DNA of 64,000 nt from an uncultured Chroococcidiopsis sp. (GCA_964248365.1 CAXTYC010000001.1:320001-384000); one strand, 5' to 3'. Shown: positions 9,308 to 19,915, counted from the first letter of the stretch. Translations and numbers: made by a program. The notes: a model not told the origin generated them from the sequence alone.

Positions 9308-10831
9308 ATGCTACTGACTGCTGAACTACTGCTGCAATACCAACGCTGTCGCCGCCGACTTTTTCTAGATACGCATGGGGATCTTAGTCAAAGAGATGCT
9401 CCAGGTGAATTGTTGCTGAAACTACAACAGGATAAGTTGGCTCATCGAAAAACAATACTCGAAAAGCAACTTTATCAACGACCGCAATATCCTAAAGGCG
9501 ACTGGGAAGCTGGGGCGATCGCTACCTGGGAATTAATGCAGCAAGGTGTAGACTGCATTTATAAAGGAGTACTATTAGCTCCTTACTCGGAAGAATTTAC
9601 TCTGCTTAGTAGTCCAGATTTACTAATTAAGCAACCAGGAAAGTCTTGCTTGGGAGATTGGATTTATGTTCCAGCTTCTATTGAGTTGGGTAAGCGTCCG
9701 AAGCTGGAATATCAAATCGTTGCAGCTTTTCACGCGCAGGTATTAGCAACCGTCTTGCAAGCAACCTTGGATATCGCTTGGTTACTGTTGCGGCGCAAAG
9801 AGGCTTACCAGGTGAGTTTAGCAAAATGGATGCCGCAGATGCAGCGATCGCTCTACGATTGTGTTCAAACTCTTACCTCCCAACAAGCACCAGAAGTATT
9901 CATTTCTCGTCAACGATGCAGTCTTTGCCGTTGGTTTAGTCATTGCTATAGCGTTGCTAAATCTCAACAACATCTGTCTTTGCTTCCAGGCATAACACCC
10001 AGCCGCTATCGGGAGTTACAAGCCTTGAATTTGGTAACAGTAGAATCCCTTGCTAATACTAATCCAACCCAATTAGAAAACTTACAAGGCTTCGACAACA
10101 TTGCACAACAACTAATACTGCAAGCTCAATCTGTAGTTGAAAATCGCCCCATTCTGATAGCAGGGGGAGTAGGGGAAGCCCAGGGAACCCAGGCAGCCCA
10201 GGGAGAAAAACCAACTACCAATTACCACACGCCTCTGGCCTCTCGCCTCTGGCCTCTCGCCTCTCCCATTGAACTTTACTTTGATATTGAGGCGCAGCCA
10301 GAGCTAAATCTAGACTATATGCTAGGAGTTTTGGTAGTCGATCGCCAGACAAATACAGAAACATTTCATTCCCTACTAGCAGAGAAACCAGAAGATGAAG
10401 CACTCATCTGGCAACAATTTCTAGAACTAGTGGCGCAATATCCCCAAGCACCAATTTTTCATTTTTTCTCCTACGAAGTCGATACGGTTAAACGCTTGGC
10501 TAAGCTTTACCAGACTCCGAAAGAAGTTATCTTACCAATACTTGAGCGATTTGTAGATGTGTATGAGCATATAACACAAACGGTAGCACTACCAATAGAA
10601 AGCTATGCACTCAAAGCGATCGCTCGTTGGTTAGGTTTTGAATGGCGCGATCCTGGGGCGAATGGTTCCCAATGCATTTATTGGTACGACAAGTGGTTAG
10701 AAACAGGCGATCGCACATTCCTCGACTCTATTCAACTTTACAACGAAGATGACTGCCGCGCTACACGCCATGTAAAAGACTGGCTTGAAAAATTTATTAT
10801 TCAAGATGAGTATCTTGCAGGAATCGCCTAG
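9308..10831 (+). CDS. TM0106 family RecB-like putative nuclease
   Basis: Motifs QRCRRR, PDLL, CSLCRW, YFDIE, SYALKAIARWLGFEWRD and YNEDDCRAT. Confidence 0.9.
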   Translation: MLLTAELLLQYQRCRRRLFLDTHGDLSQRDAPGELLLKLQQDKLAHRKTILEKQLYQRPQYPKGDWEAGAIATWELMQQGVDCIYKGVLLAPYSEEFTLLSSPDLLIKQPGKSCLGDWIYVPASIELGKRPKLEYQIVAAFHAQVLATVLQATLDIAWLLLRRKEAYQVSLAKWMPQMQRSLYDCVQTLTSQQAPEVFISRQRCSLCRWFSHCYSVAKSQQHLSLLPGITPSRYRELQALNLVTVESLANTNPTQLENLQGFDNIAQQLILQAQSVVENRPILIAGGVGEAQGTQAAQGEKPTTNYHTPLASRLWPLASPIELYFDIEAQPELNLDYMLGVLVVDRQTNTETFHSLLAEKPEDEALIWQQFLELVAQYPQAPIFHFFSYEVDTVKRLAKLYQTPKEVILPILERFVDVYEHITQTVALPIESYALKAIARWLGFEWRDPGANGSQCIYWYDKWLETGDRTFLDSIQLYNEDDCRATRHVKDWLEKFIIQDEYLAGIA

Positions 10832-10855
10832 ACGTAAATAACCCAAGCAGTAATC

Positions 10856-11264
10856 GTGAATACAGATGAAATCTACCCGCGTAGGGTGTCTGTGCGGTGC
10901 AATACGTTACCTGCTACAGCTACCCCCATATAGCCCATTGTCATTGCCTTAGTTGCCGTAAAGCAAGTGGATCTGCATTTATTTCTTGGTTATCCTTAAG
11001 AGCAGCAGAATTTACCTTTACCAGTGGCAAACCTACCTATTTCGCCTGATCAGAAAAAGTACAACGCGGCTTGTCGTCACCAATGTGGAACAGCGCTTAC
11101 TTATCAAATACAGGGTACTGACGAGATAGACATAACAATATGCAGCCTGGATAATCCAGAAAGTGTTACACCTGAATTTCATATATGGGTGCAATACCAA
11201 TTGTCTTGGCGGGGGGCTTGCAGACAATCTACCATGCTATAAGCAGCACCGCATCGGGTTCTAG
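10856..11264 (+). pseudogene. Frameshifted GFA family (Zn-binding) gene
   Basis: Fragments GCLCGAIRY, AHCHCLSCRKASGSAF, CGTALTY, SLDNPESVTPEFHIWV and DNLPCY lie in different frames. Confidence 0.8.
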
Positions 11265-11380
11265 CTCCCTGGCTCCTTTTTACCCTACTCCCTCTCTTAC
11301 CTCGTTCTGAGCGGAGGAAACCTCCGCGCTTGTCTTCGCGCTACTCCCCCATCCCGAATCCCTCCTATGTACGTTTTTCC

Positions 11381-12514
11381 ATGAGCAACACCAGCGTTTT
11401 TGCCTTAGCTACTGTTTCCCTTTGGCTAGTGGCTAATACCACACTGACGACAGCACTAGCTACAGATGCCAAGAGCAAAGACATAGAATTTTTAGGTGAG
11501 GCAACTTTCCCTACAGGTACTCAATTCAAAGGAACTGAAGTAGGAGGACTATCGGGAATTACTTACGCTCAAAGCAAAAACGTTTATTACAGCATTTCTG
11601 ACGATCGCAGCAATAAAGCACCTGCTCGCTTTTATACGCTGAAAATTGATTTAAGCGGAGGTACTTTAAAAAAAGTTGATATTGTAAATGTGACTACTTT
11701 GTTGAAGGCAGATGGAAAGCCAGCTCCAGCCTTAAGCCTAGATCCAGAAGGAATTGCATTTAAAAGGAATGGTAGTTTATTTATCTCTTCTGAAGGTGAT
11801 ACTAATCGGTTGATTAAGCCTTTTGTCAATCAGTTTTCTTTAACTGGCAAGCAGATTAAGGTATTACCAATTCCTCGCAAGTTTTTACCAACAGCTAAAA
11901 AAAATAAGGGGATTCGTGATAACTTAGCATTTGAAAGCTTAACGATTACTCCCAATCAAAAATATTTATTTACAGCTACAGAAAATGCTTTGTATCAAGA
12001 TGGCAATGTTGCTACAATTACTAGTGGCAGTCCTGCTAGAATTTTGAAATATAATTTAATAACCGGAAAGCCAATACAGGAATTTTTATATTTTACTGCA
12101 CCAATTGCAGGCAGTCGAAAAACTGCCTTCTTGAGTAACAATGGTTTAGTCGATCTAGCAGCAATAGATAATATACACTTACTGAGTTTAGAGCGCTCTT
12201 TCTCTCCTATTAAAGGAAACACAATTAGGTTGTATGAGGTTTCTTTAGCCCACGCCGACGATATTAGTAAAAGAGAAAGTCTAAAGACTGTCAATATCAA
12301 CAAGATCAAACCAGCCCAGAAAAAGCTACTACTTGACTTCAATCAGCTAAAAATTCCTTTGGATAACATTGAAGGGCTAACTTTTGGGCAATGTTTACCA
12401 GATGGAAGGCGATCGCTAATCTTTGTCAGTGATAACAATTTTAGTTCAATCCAGTTTACACAAATATTAGCCTTTGCTATCAATAACAAAATAAGTCGTT
12501 GTGTGCCTGGGTAG
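11381..12514 (+). CDS. Esterase-like activity of phytase family secreted protein
   Basis: Signal peptide; motifs GGLSGITY, ISDDRS, DPEGI, NLAFESL, DNIEG and VSDNNF. Confidence 0.85.
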   Translation: MSNTSVFALATVSLWLVANTTLTTALATDAKSKDIEFLGEATFPTGTQFKGTEVGGLSGITYAQSKNVYYSISDDRSNKAPARFYTLKIDLSGGTLKKVDIVNVTTLLKADGKPAPALSLDPEGIAFKRNGSLFISSEGDTNRLIKPFVNQFSLTGKQIKVLPIPRKFLPTAKKNKGIRDNLAFESLTITPNQKYLFTATENALYQDGNVATITSGSPARILKYNLITGKPIQEFLYFTAPIAGSRKTAFLSNNGLVDLAAIDNIHLLSLERSFSPIKGNTIRLYEVSLAHADDISKRESLKTVNINKIKPAQKKLLLDFNQLKIPLDNIEGLTFGQCLPDGRRSLIFVSDNNFSSIQFTQILAFAINNKISRCVPG

Positions 12515-12879
12515 TACCTATAACCATTGCCAATCCTAGTGTTCTAGTGGGGGCGATATCCTACACTTGCTCCCCTCATGCTTTGGCTAGGTTGAAATCC
12601 ACTACAACTTGGATAGTTGAACTGTGACTATAGCCAGTTAGCCACTAGCCAGATTAAGCTAGTCTACTATATCACAATGTCCCCTAAGGCAGTAAAAACA
12701 CTGTCACTATTCGACATTTTTCTTAAATAATTTTCACCCAGATCCTAAACATAGAGATATTGCTACTAATTTCTTCTTTAGTATCAGCAGGATCAGCAGT
12801 AGTAATTGTAGTAATGATATATCAGATTCAAAAAAGCCTAAATTTTAGTAAAACCTAGTAGGAAAAAGTGCTGAGGTTT

Positions 12880-13113
12880 ATGGAAGCTGCTAATGAAATT
12901 AGTAAGGAAATAAGGCATATAGCCTTTGAAGAGAGTAAACAACAAATTCAATATGCCACCAGTACCAATCAACAGTTGGACAATTTAATGCAAGAAGCTG
13001 ACAAGATTAAGAGTTGTTTAAATGAGTCGCTACAAGCTAACAATAGAGCAAATGATAAACTCTACAGCCTTGTATCTATAAAGTTAGTTCACAGCCCGTC
13101 TTGGTTGAATTAG
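12880..13113 (+). CDS. Small hypothetical helical protein
   Basis: ORF of about 77 aa with GAGG upstream of ATG 12880 and coiled-coil-like composition. Confidence 0.45.
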   Translation: MEAANEISKEIRHIAFEESKQQIQYATSTNQQLDNLMQEADKIKSCLNESLQANNRANDKLYSLVSIKLVHSPSWLN

Positions 13114-13812
13114 GCTATCAAAGTGATGTATCGATTGCTGAAAACCTTTGTAAGTATACTGTGTACCCCACAAGTATCAATGTCAGAACCAAATGATACT
13201 AAAGGCGAAAACTATAAAAAGTAAGGGTTTGAGAGGTTGAGTAGTATTAGGGTATGAAGCGGGTATTTTTTCCTTTTGAGTAGCGAAGTCTTAAGTTAAA
13301 GCTTTAGTACCTGCTTACACATCCATGCTTTAGCATAATCACTTTCAAAATTAGCATGGATTAGAGTACCTTAGTAAGGTAGCTTAAGGAATGTTACCAA
13401 GATACTTAAGCGATTGCAACTGACTAGTGGAATATTAACTTTTGTTTACCTAGCTGATGTACTAATTTATCGGTTTACGGCAATATCTCCATCTGCAAAA
13501 TTAAAATACTATTTAGATGTTAAGCTACCGCTGAAATTACGTAATTATTTATACATATATTTTTACGTAATCTACGTCTTTAGGTGGATAAGAATGAATT
13601 ATAAGCAAAACCGTCAGTAGATACACTAGACTTATTTGTTCGCTATACCTGTAAGTGTAATGCTTGAAGTCTTCGCCATTTGAGGAGACACCAACAGTAT
13701 TGTCTAGCTATAACTCTATTAGAATATCCAATTGCTAATTTTTCAGGCAAGGGGCAAGTGAGCAAAATTGCGATGAGCAAATTTTAGTGTGTAGTTACAG
13801 TAGCAGCAACAG

Positions 13813-14181
13813 GTGAAAAATATGTATGTTGATTTGAACCAGGGTACAGCACAAAACAAAATTCTGCATGAAATAAAGTTAAGTGAAAACATAGATAAAG
13901 CAAAACCGGAGGGATTAAATACAACCGATTTTTTAATGCTGTTAGGTCCTTTTAGCTTTATCATGGGTTGGGCAGTTCTGTTTGTTATGCTGTCCAAAAT
14001 TGGCAGGGCTGCAAGAGACGAAATCTTTGTTAGTATCAAGCATTTACATCAGATTCCCTGTAGGAACTGTCGCTTTTTTTGCAACAATCCTTATCTCAAG
14101 TGTGCGATAAACCCTTCAATTGTTTTAACTGAACAAGCGCTTGATTGCTCTGACTACGCGCCTTGTGAGAGCAATCACTAA
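13813..14181 (+). CDS. Cyanobacterial single-TM protein with a C-terminal Cys cluster
   Basis: TM helix followed by PCRNCRFF...YLKCAINP...CSDY. Confidence 0.75.
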   Translation: MKNMYVDLNQGTAQNKILHEIKLSENIDKAKPEGLNTTDFLMLLGPFSFIMGWAVLFVMLSKIGRAARDEIFVSIKHLHQIPCRNCRFFCNNPYLKCAINPSIVLTEQALDCSDYAPCESNH

Positions 14182-14360
14182 AGTATGCTTAATATTCTAC
14201 GTTGTAGAACGTTCTCACATCTGGCGCTCAATTAGGTAGCATTTAAGGGTCATGATAGAGAGACAGAACTTAGCTTTTTTGTCCTCAGTATGACCCTGAT
14301 TTACTTTAAGTCAATGTATCTGTAGGTATAACTTAGATGTCTTTTAGCTTAAGAGGGAGA

Positions 14361-14717
14361 TTAATAAGCACAAAACTCTATGGTGCTGTCTGGCACACTT
14401 GACTCAACATAGATATAATAGTTGCCTGATTTAGGTAAATAATAGTTTATTTGGTCTGAGTCTACTTTTTCTCCTCTAACTACACCTACTGAACCTCTAA
14501 CATAAATATCATATTGGGTTCCACCACCTACATTTTTACTTGTCATTTGTCCTTTAGCAAGCTTAAGAACGAATTCTTTCCCTCCCGAAAAATTGCCTGA
14601 ATACACACCACAATAGCTACCTTTAGCAAATTGAATTTTTGTAGCTGCAACAGCAGGATTAATATTTACTATTCCGGCTAATAAAATTATACTTCCTAAA
14701 ATTTTCGTCGGCTTCAT
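14361..14717 (-). CDS. Small secreted beta-sandwich protein (PPC/PliG-like)
   Basis: Signal peptide; IQFAKGS, FVLKLAKGQ and LPKSGNYYIYV. Confidence 0.65.
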   Translation of the reverse strand: MKPTKILGSIILLAGIVNINPAVAATKIQFAKGSYCGVYSGNFSGGKEFVLKLAKGQMTSKNVGGGTQYDIYVRGSVGVVRGEKVDSDQINYYLPKSGNYYIYVESSVPDSTIEFCAY

Positions 14718-14880
14718 TGTGTAATTGTATTTTCCATGTAATTTTAGATTAATCTAACTTTTTGTTCCCACCTAAGGGGCTTTCACTGATAAAATTTATG
14801 TTTGTGTTGCAACGTGCTTCTGTGAATTCACTGAAAATTTAAATAATTCAGTAAGCTACAAGATTGGAATAAAGAAATTT

Positions 14881-14989
14881 TGGTGCGTTAGCCAAAGCGT
14901 AACGCACTATATAGAATTGATTTAGACATATTAAGTATGTCACCCATGCCCACCAAGTTTGATAATGGTGGTGGGCATGGGTGGCATAC
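14881..14989. repeat. REP-like palindrome plus an empty inverted-repeat mini-element matching the RAYT flanks
   Basis: GTGCGTTA-GCCAAAGCG-TAACGCAC (14883-14907), then GTCACCCATGCCCACCA-13 nt-TGGTGGGCATGGGTGGC (14939-14985). Confidence 0.8.
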
Positions 14990-15155
14990 AAATAATGTAA
15001 ATGAAGCTCTTACTTTTTTGGAAATGCTGAGTAAGACGATATATAAACTTGCTTTCTTGAAGTTTGTAGAATCATAGCTAATTCCTCCTTTTGCTAGACG
15101 AGCAGCAGGGTACATAAGTAACAAAATGTATATTGGCACTATTAGGATTGAAATT

Positions 15156-15548
15156 ATGCATGAAGTATCACAAGAGCATATAAAGTTAGCAGAGGAACAC
15201 GCTATCCGCTCAAAGCAACAGGCGGAATCAACCCAAAAGTGTGGAAAGATTTTACAAGCTATGGGAGGGAAATACAGTGAGCATGGAAAGTTAGTAGAAG
15301 AATATGGTAAGGCTGCTCAAAAGCACGCCCAGGCTTCACTGGAACACGCCAAAGCCGCACAAGAGCAAGATGCACACTCAACAGAGGAATTTTTGCAAGC
15401 TTCACAGGAACACGTAAAGCACACACAGATACTAATGATGGCATCCAAGGAGTGTAGTAAGATAGCTAAGGAGCGAATAAACGAAAATAAGAAATTCTTG
15501 AGCAAAGAACGAGTATCTAATTCAGAATCAAAGCAGAATGTGGATTAG
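15156..15548 (+). CDS. His/Ala/Glu/Gln-rich helical hypothetical protein
   Basis: Open frame 15126-15548 with periodic His (EH/KH motifs); ATG 15156 preferred. Confidence 0.65.
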   Translation: MHEVSQEHIKLAEEHAIRSKQQAESTQKCGKILQAMGGKYSEHGKLVEEYGKAAQKHAQASLEHAKAAQEQDAHSTEEFLQASQEHVKHTQILMMASKECSKIAKERINENKKFLSKERVSNSESKQNVD

Positions 15549-15643
15549 CAAGGAAGGGCAAGTTTAACAAACATTTCTATGAGAAAATAGAGATTTAGAA
15601 AAACTTGCCCCTATAGAAAACCTAACCTTACAGATTAAACTAT

Positions 15644-17041
15644 TTATAATCCCATTACTGCCCGATAGTGGGTTTCAATTTCTGCAACTGTTTTCGATTT
15701 GCGGTGGGTACTCCACTGGCTATGGTTAAATAGTTCTTGACGCAAATTATCTACATTGATGGTTGTAATTTTGCCATCGGTAATAATTTGTTTGCCATTT
15801 ACCCAAGCACTATTTACTACTTGGGTTGGACGACCAAGAATTAGTAAACCAATTGGATCTGTGCGTGGTAAAAGTGATAAACTGGTAAAATCATAAAGAA
15901 CTAAATCTGCTTTTTTACCTACTGTTAAGGAACCAAGTTGTTCTGCTAAATTGAGTCCTTTTGCACCACCTAAAGATGCCATTTCTACCGCCTGACCAGG
16001 TGTGATCCAGTGGCGATAATCAAACTCGGTGATGTTGTGTAAAATTGAGCCAATTTTTATTGCTTCTAGTAAGTCTTGGGAGTCGTTGCTGGAAGCACCA
16101 TCACAGCCAAAAGTGACGTTAACTCCGGCTTGGTGATATTTTAATATAGGGGCAATGCCACTGCCTAAACGTAGGTTACTTAGAGGATTGTGAACGACTG
16201 TGGATTGGGTTTGGGCTAAAATGGCAATATCTGCATCGTCCAGCCAGACACAATGAGCTAAGGAAGTACGATCGCTCAGATATCCAATTTGCTTTAGATG
16301 CTCAACTGCACTACAACCATACTTTTCTTGGGCAAGTTTTTGTTGGGCTTTCGTTTCGAGTAAGTGGGAGTGGCGACAAAGATTGTAGCGATCGCTTAAT
16401 TCGCTACATCCCTCAAATAGTGCGTCTGAACACAGTTGAATTCCGGTTGGAGCAACTAATATACTTATGCCTTCTTCTGGGCGATGGAACTGACAAACCG
16501 CTTGTTCTATGAGTTCCAATGTTGGCTTTGTTGAGCGAAAATAAGGTTCATGATTCAAGTCTAATTCACCTGTAGGCATTCCAGCATTAAGGGATTGATC
16601 TTGAATCAGTGGGGCGATAAAAGCACGAATTCCTACTTCTTTGTAAGCACGTACAGCAGCGGCGATCGTTTCTATTTCCTTTTCTGGAATTAAAACTAAG
16701 TGATCGACAACACTCGTTCCCCCAGAAAGTAGAGTTTCTACTGCTGTACCCAACGCACTAAGATAAATTTGCTCTGGATTGAGAGGAGCAAAGTCATATA
16801 ATTCGGCTATCCATAATTCTAGAGGAACTGGTGGAATTATCCCTCGTTGCCACATTTCGGAAGAATGGGTATGAGCATTGAAGAAACCAGGTAGGAGTAA
16901 TTTGTTTTCCCCATTAATTACTACCCCGCTAGCTGGTAACTGGGTTGCAATCGCAGCGATGCGATCGCCTTCTATTTGCACATCTACGGTATCATAACCG
17001 TTATCAATAGGAATTAATACTTTTTGAATCGTAAAGCTCAT
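15644..17041 (-). CDS. Metal-dependent amidohydrolase (AtzA/TrzN/MtaD-like deaminase family)
   Basis: Motifs LLPGFFNAHTH, HSHLLET, LAHCV, HNPLSNLRLGSG, GCDG and GKKADLV. Confidence 0.9.
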   Translation of the reverse strand: MSFTIQKVLIPIDNGYDTVDVQIEGDRIAAIATQLPASGVVINGENKLLLPGFFNAHTHSSEMWQRGIIPPVPLELWIAELYDFAPLNPEQIYLSALGTAVETLLSGGTSVVDHLVLIPEKEIETIAAAVRAYKEVGIRAFIAPLIQDQSLNAGMPTGELDLNHEPYFRSTKPTLELIEQAVCQFHRPEEGISILVAPTGIQLCSDALFEGCSELSDRYNLCRHSHLLETKAQQKLAQEKYGCSAVEHLKQIGYLSDRTSLAHCVWLDDADIAILAQTQSTVVHNPLSNLRLGSGIAPILKYHQAGVNVTFGCDGASSNDSQDLLEAIKIGSILHNITEFDYRHWITPGQAVEMASLGGAKGLNLAEQLGSLTVGKKADLVLYDFTSLSLLPRTDPIGLLILGRPTQVVNSAWVNGKQIITDGKITTINVDNLRQELFNHSQWSTHRKSKTVAEIETHYRAVMGL

Positions 17042-17123
17042 AAATATATCCTTTTATCAAGTGTGAGATTTATGCTGCAAAAAATGTGGCTACCATACCG
17101 CTATGCCCCTACTTATTATTAAA

Positions 17124-17909
17124 ATGCACCAATTTATGAGAATATTGGGAATACCGCCGAATGCTTGGACAGTGGATGAAGCGATCGCTGATATTACTCG
17201 TCCTCCTCTAGAATCACAAATAATTACTCTAGCAACCGAAACTAAGACTTTGCGCTTAGATTTGGCAAAATCTGCCATCTTGGTGATTGATATGCAAAAC
17301 GACTTTTGTCACCCAGATGGCTGGCTGGCGCATATTGGTGTAGACATCACCTGCGCCAGAACTCCCATTTATCCCCTCAAAACACTGCTACCAACACTAC
17401 GACAGGTTGGTGTGCCAGTAATTTGGCTCTCTTGGGGTAATCGTCCCGATTTAATGAATATTAGCGCTGGTGTACATCACGTTTATAATCCTACAGGCTT
17501 AGGTGTGGGAGTTGGCGATCCTCTACCCAGCAATGGTGCTAAAGTGCTAATGGCAGGAAGTTGGGCTGCTGCTGTTGTGGAAGAATTAGAACAATTGCCG
17601 CAAGATATCTGTGTAGATAAATATCGGATGAGTGGATTTTGGGATACTCCCCTAGATAGTATCTTGCGTAATCTGGGAAAAACTACTCTGTTCTTTGCTG
17701 GTGTTAATGCCGATCAATGTGTGATGGCAACATTGCAAGATGCAAATTTTTTAGGATATGACTGTATGTTAGTGAAAGACTGCACTGCTACGACTTCCCC
17801 CCAGTATTGCTGGCAAGCAACTTTATATAATGTTAAACAGTGCTTTGGTTTTGTTACCGATTCTCAAGCTATTTTGGAAGCAATTAACACCCCAAGCGCC
17901 ATTGAATAA
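17124..17909 (+). CDS. Cysteine hydrolase (isochorismatase family, RutB/BiuH-like)
   Basis: Asp-Lys-Cys triad in IDMQNDF, VDKYRMSGF and GVNADQCV. Confidence 0.9.
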   Translation: MHQFMRILGIPPNAWTVDEAIADITRPPLESQIITLATETKTLRLDLAKSAILVIDMQNDFCHPDGWLAHIGVDITCARTPIYPLKTLLPTLRQVGVPVIWLSWGNRPDLMNISAGVHHVYNPTGLGVGVGDPLPSNGAKVLMAGSWAAAVVEELEQLPQDICVDKYRMSGFWDTPLDSILRNLGKTTLFFAGVNADQCVMATLQDANFLGYDCMLVKDCTATTSPQYCWQATLYNVKQCFGFVTDSQAILEAINTPSAIE

Positions 17910-17917
17910 ATTCAATG

Positions 17918-18000
17918 GCTAATAGCAGCAAGTCAGCTGAAGCTGACTAACTAGAGGTTCACTTTTATCCAGTCCGTTTTAACGGACTTTAACTATTAGC
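17918..18000. repeat. Inverted-repeat element with two internal hairpins
   Basis: GCTAATAG and CTATTAGC ends enclose AGTCAGCTGAAGCTGACT and AGTCCGTTTTAACGGACT. Confidence 0.65.
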
Positions 18001-18054
18001 TTTGAACTCCCTTTCAAAGCATTCCCCAACACCCAACAAATAGCAGGATGCACT

Positions 18055-18510
18055 ATGGACGCTTCTCGTTGTGTAATTGCCGTTGCCAAGTCTCCTCAAG
18101 ACTACCAAGCTTTTCGCATCAGTCCAAGTGCTACAAATAGATTAGCGATCGTATTTGATTCGGCAACTGCTAATATCTCTCTGACGGTTTGTGTAGAAAT
18201 TTTTGATGTGGGTGGGAAAACTCCCCCTAATCGTCATCAGTTCGCAGTAGAGATGTTTTTCATCCTCAAAGGAGAAGGAAGAGCAACTTGTGATGGTAAA
18301 ACTGTATCAATTGGGGCTGGAGACAGCATTTTAGTGCCTCCTACCGGAATTCATGAGATTGAAAACACAGGTTCGAGTCGTCTATATGCTTTGTGTATTA
18401 TGGTTCCGAATGAACATTTTGCCGAGTTGATTCGTAGCGGCACACCAGTCGAATTGGATGAAGAAGATATAGCCGTATTGCGTCGCTTACCTACACCTGT
18501 TTCATGTTAG
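18055..18510 (+). CDS. Cupin domain protein
   Basis: GGKTPPNRHQFAVEMFFILKGEG...GDSILVPPTGIHEIENTG. Confidence 0.9.
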   Translation: MDASRCVIAVAKSPQDYQAFRISPSATNRLAIVFDSATANISLTVCVEIFDVGGKTPPNRHQFAVEMFFILKGEGRATCDGKTVSIGAGDSILVPPTGIHEIENTGSSRLYALCIMVPNEHFAELIRSGTPVELDEEDIAVLRRLPTPVSC

Positions 18511-18817
18511 GCAAGAGTAGGTGCTGTTGATTATGGTTTAGAAGTTTCAACAGACCGGTTGACAGTGGTGTAGTTCAATCAGTTTGTTAAAGGGTTGGAT
18601 ACTGATTTGCTTGATGAACCACTAGTTTGCCTATTTGAAATGAGAGTCTATAGGACGCACACTATTTCCATTATAAATATATCAAACCAGAAATCTGATT
18701 TTTTGTCAAGTATCTGGGCAAGTTGAATTGCTGAGCTACGTTAATTTTTGTCTGCTGTTGTGGGAACACTGATATTAAGGTGGGCAAGGGTGGCAAACGT
18801 TATTTGGCTGCATTTAT

Positions 18818-19260
18818 ATGAATCCTAAGTTTACCCCGCTAGATTGTGATGATGATGTCGTACTCTTGGCAACAGATACTTTTAAAGTCAGTAGATTAAA
18901 GGAGTTGTATGAGCAAGGAATTAAAGATAAATTAAATAGCCATTTTTATAAATCCAATGATTTTTTTAGTGAAAGCGAATCTGTCTACAGCTTTTTTAGT
19001 AACATCTCGCTTGGCGCTGAAAGTATTAGCTTCAGTGAAATTCAATTTAACTCAATTAAAGATTGTCAGCTTCTCAAAATTGGCGGTAAAGCCTGGTAGA
19101 AAGGAAAGCTTAAAATTCAGATATGCGTATCACCTAATAGAAAAAACCCAGATAAAATCTGTCTAGAATTTTGTCCTGATGAACCGATTGAGCAGGAATC
19201 ACCTTTAGATGACCTGCGTAAGCTAGTAGAAAAGTTTGCCACCCATGCCCACCACATAAT
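18818..19260 (+). pseudogene. KGK domain gene with an in-frame amber stop
   Basis: ...CQLLKIGGKAW-TAG-KGKLKIQ...LEFCPDEP..ESPLDDLR continues in frame past TAG 19097-19099, and the 3' end runs into the repeat motif. Confidence 0.85.
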
Positions 19261-19339
19261 TAGGAAATACACCCACCAAAAAGCTAGTAGAAAAGTTTGC
19301 CACCCATGCCCACCAAAAACCATGTTCAAAAACAAGTAA

Positions 19340-19915
19340 ATGTCTGAATATCGTCGCGTGTATGTGCCAGGTGGAACTTTCTTTATCACCTTGGTAACTT
19401 ACCAACGTAAACCTTTATTCTCAAATCTAGAAAATATCTCAAAATTACGCTGTGCTGTAGCAACTGTTCGCTTCCAAATACCTTTTGAGATAATAGGTGC
19501 AGTCCTATTACCGGATCATATTCATTTCTTATGGACTTTACCTGCTGACGATCAAGCTTATTCCAAGCGAGTCGGACGGTTAAAGGTTTTATTTACACAA
19601 TCCTTGCGTGGCAAAGGGGCATTACTTCAAAATATATCACGTTCAAGATCCAAGCACCGTGAAAGTGATGTTTGGCAGCGTCGGTTTTGGGGACATACTA
19701 TTCGTAATGAGGCTGATTTTGAAAGGCATTTAGATTATATTCATTACAATCCGGTTAGGCATGGTTTTGTTTCATGTCCTCATCTGTGGGAGTATTCGAG
19801 TTTTGATAGGTGGGTGCAAAAAGGTATGTATAAAAATGATTGGTGCTGCAAATGTTTTGGTAAGGAATTGCTAGTACCTGAGTTTATAGGAATAGCGGAG
19901 AAAGTTGGGGAATGA
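19340..19915 (+). mobile_element. REP-associated tyrosine transposase (RAYT, HUH Y1 family)
   Basis: YRR..PGGTFFITLVT, LPDHIH (HUH), WQRRFW.H.IR, DYIHYNPV and WEYSSF. Flanked by a perfect 23-bp inverted repeat at 19239-19261 and 19940-19962. Confidence 0.92.

Noticed and set aside
17041..17124. NtcA box in the divergent promoter of the amidohydrolase module
   Set aside because: The closest match, GTG-N7-TAC, does not fit the GTA-N8-TAC consensus.
19117..19405. Trp-rich minus-strand ORFs (90 and 60 aa) at the KGK/RAYT junction
   Set aside because: They are shadow translations of the duplicated repeat and overlap the KGK pseudogene and the RAYT start.
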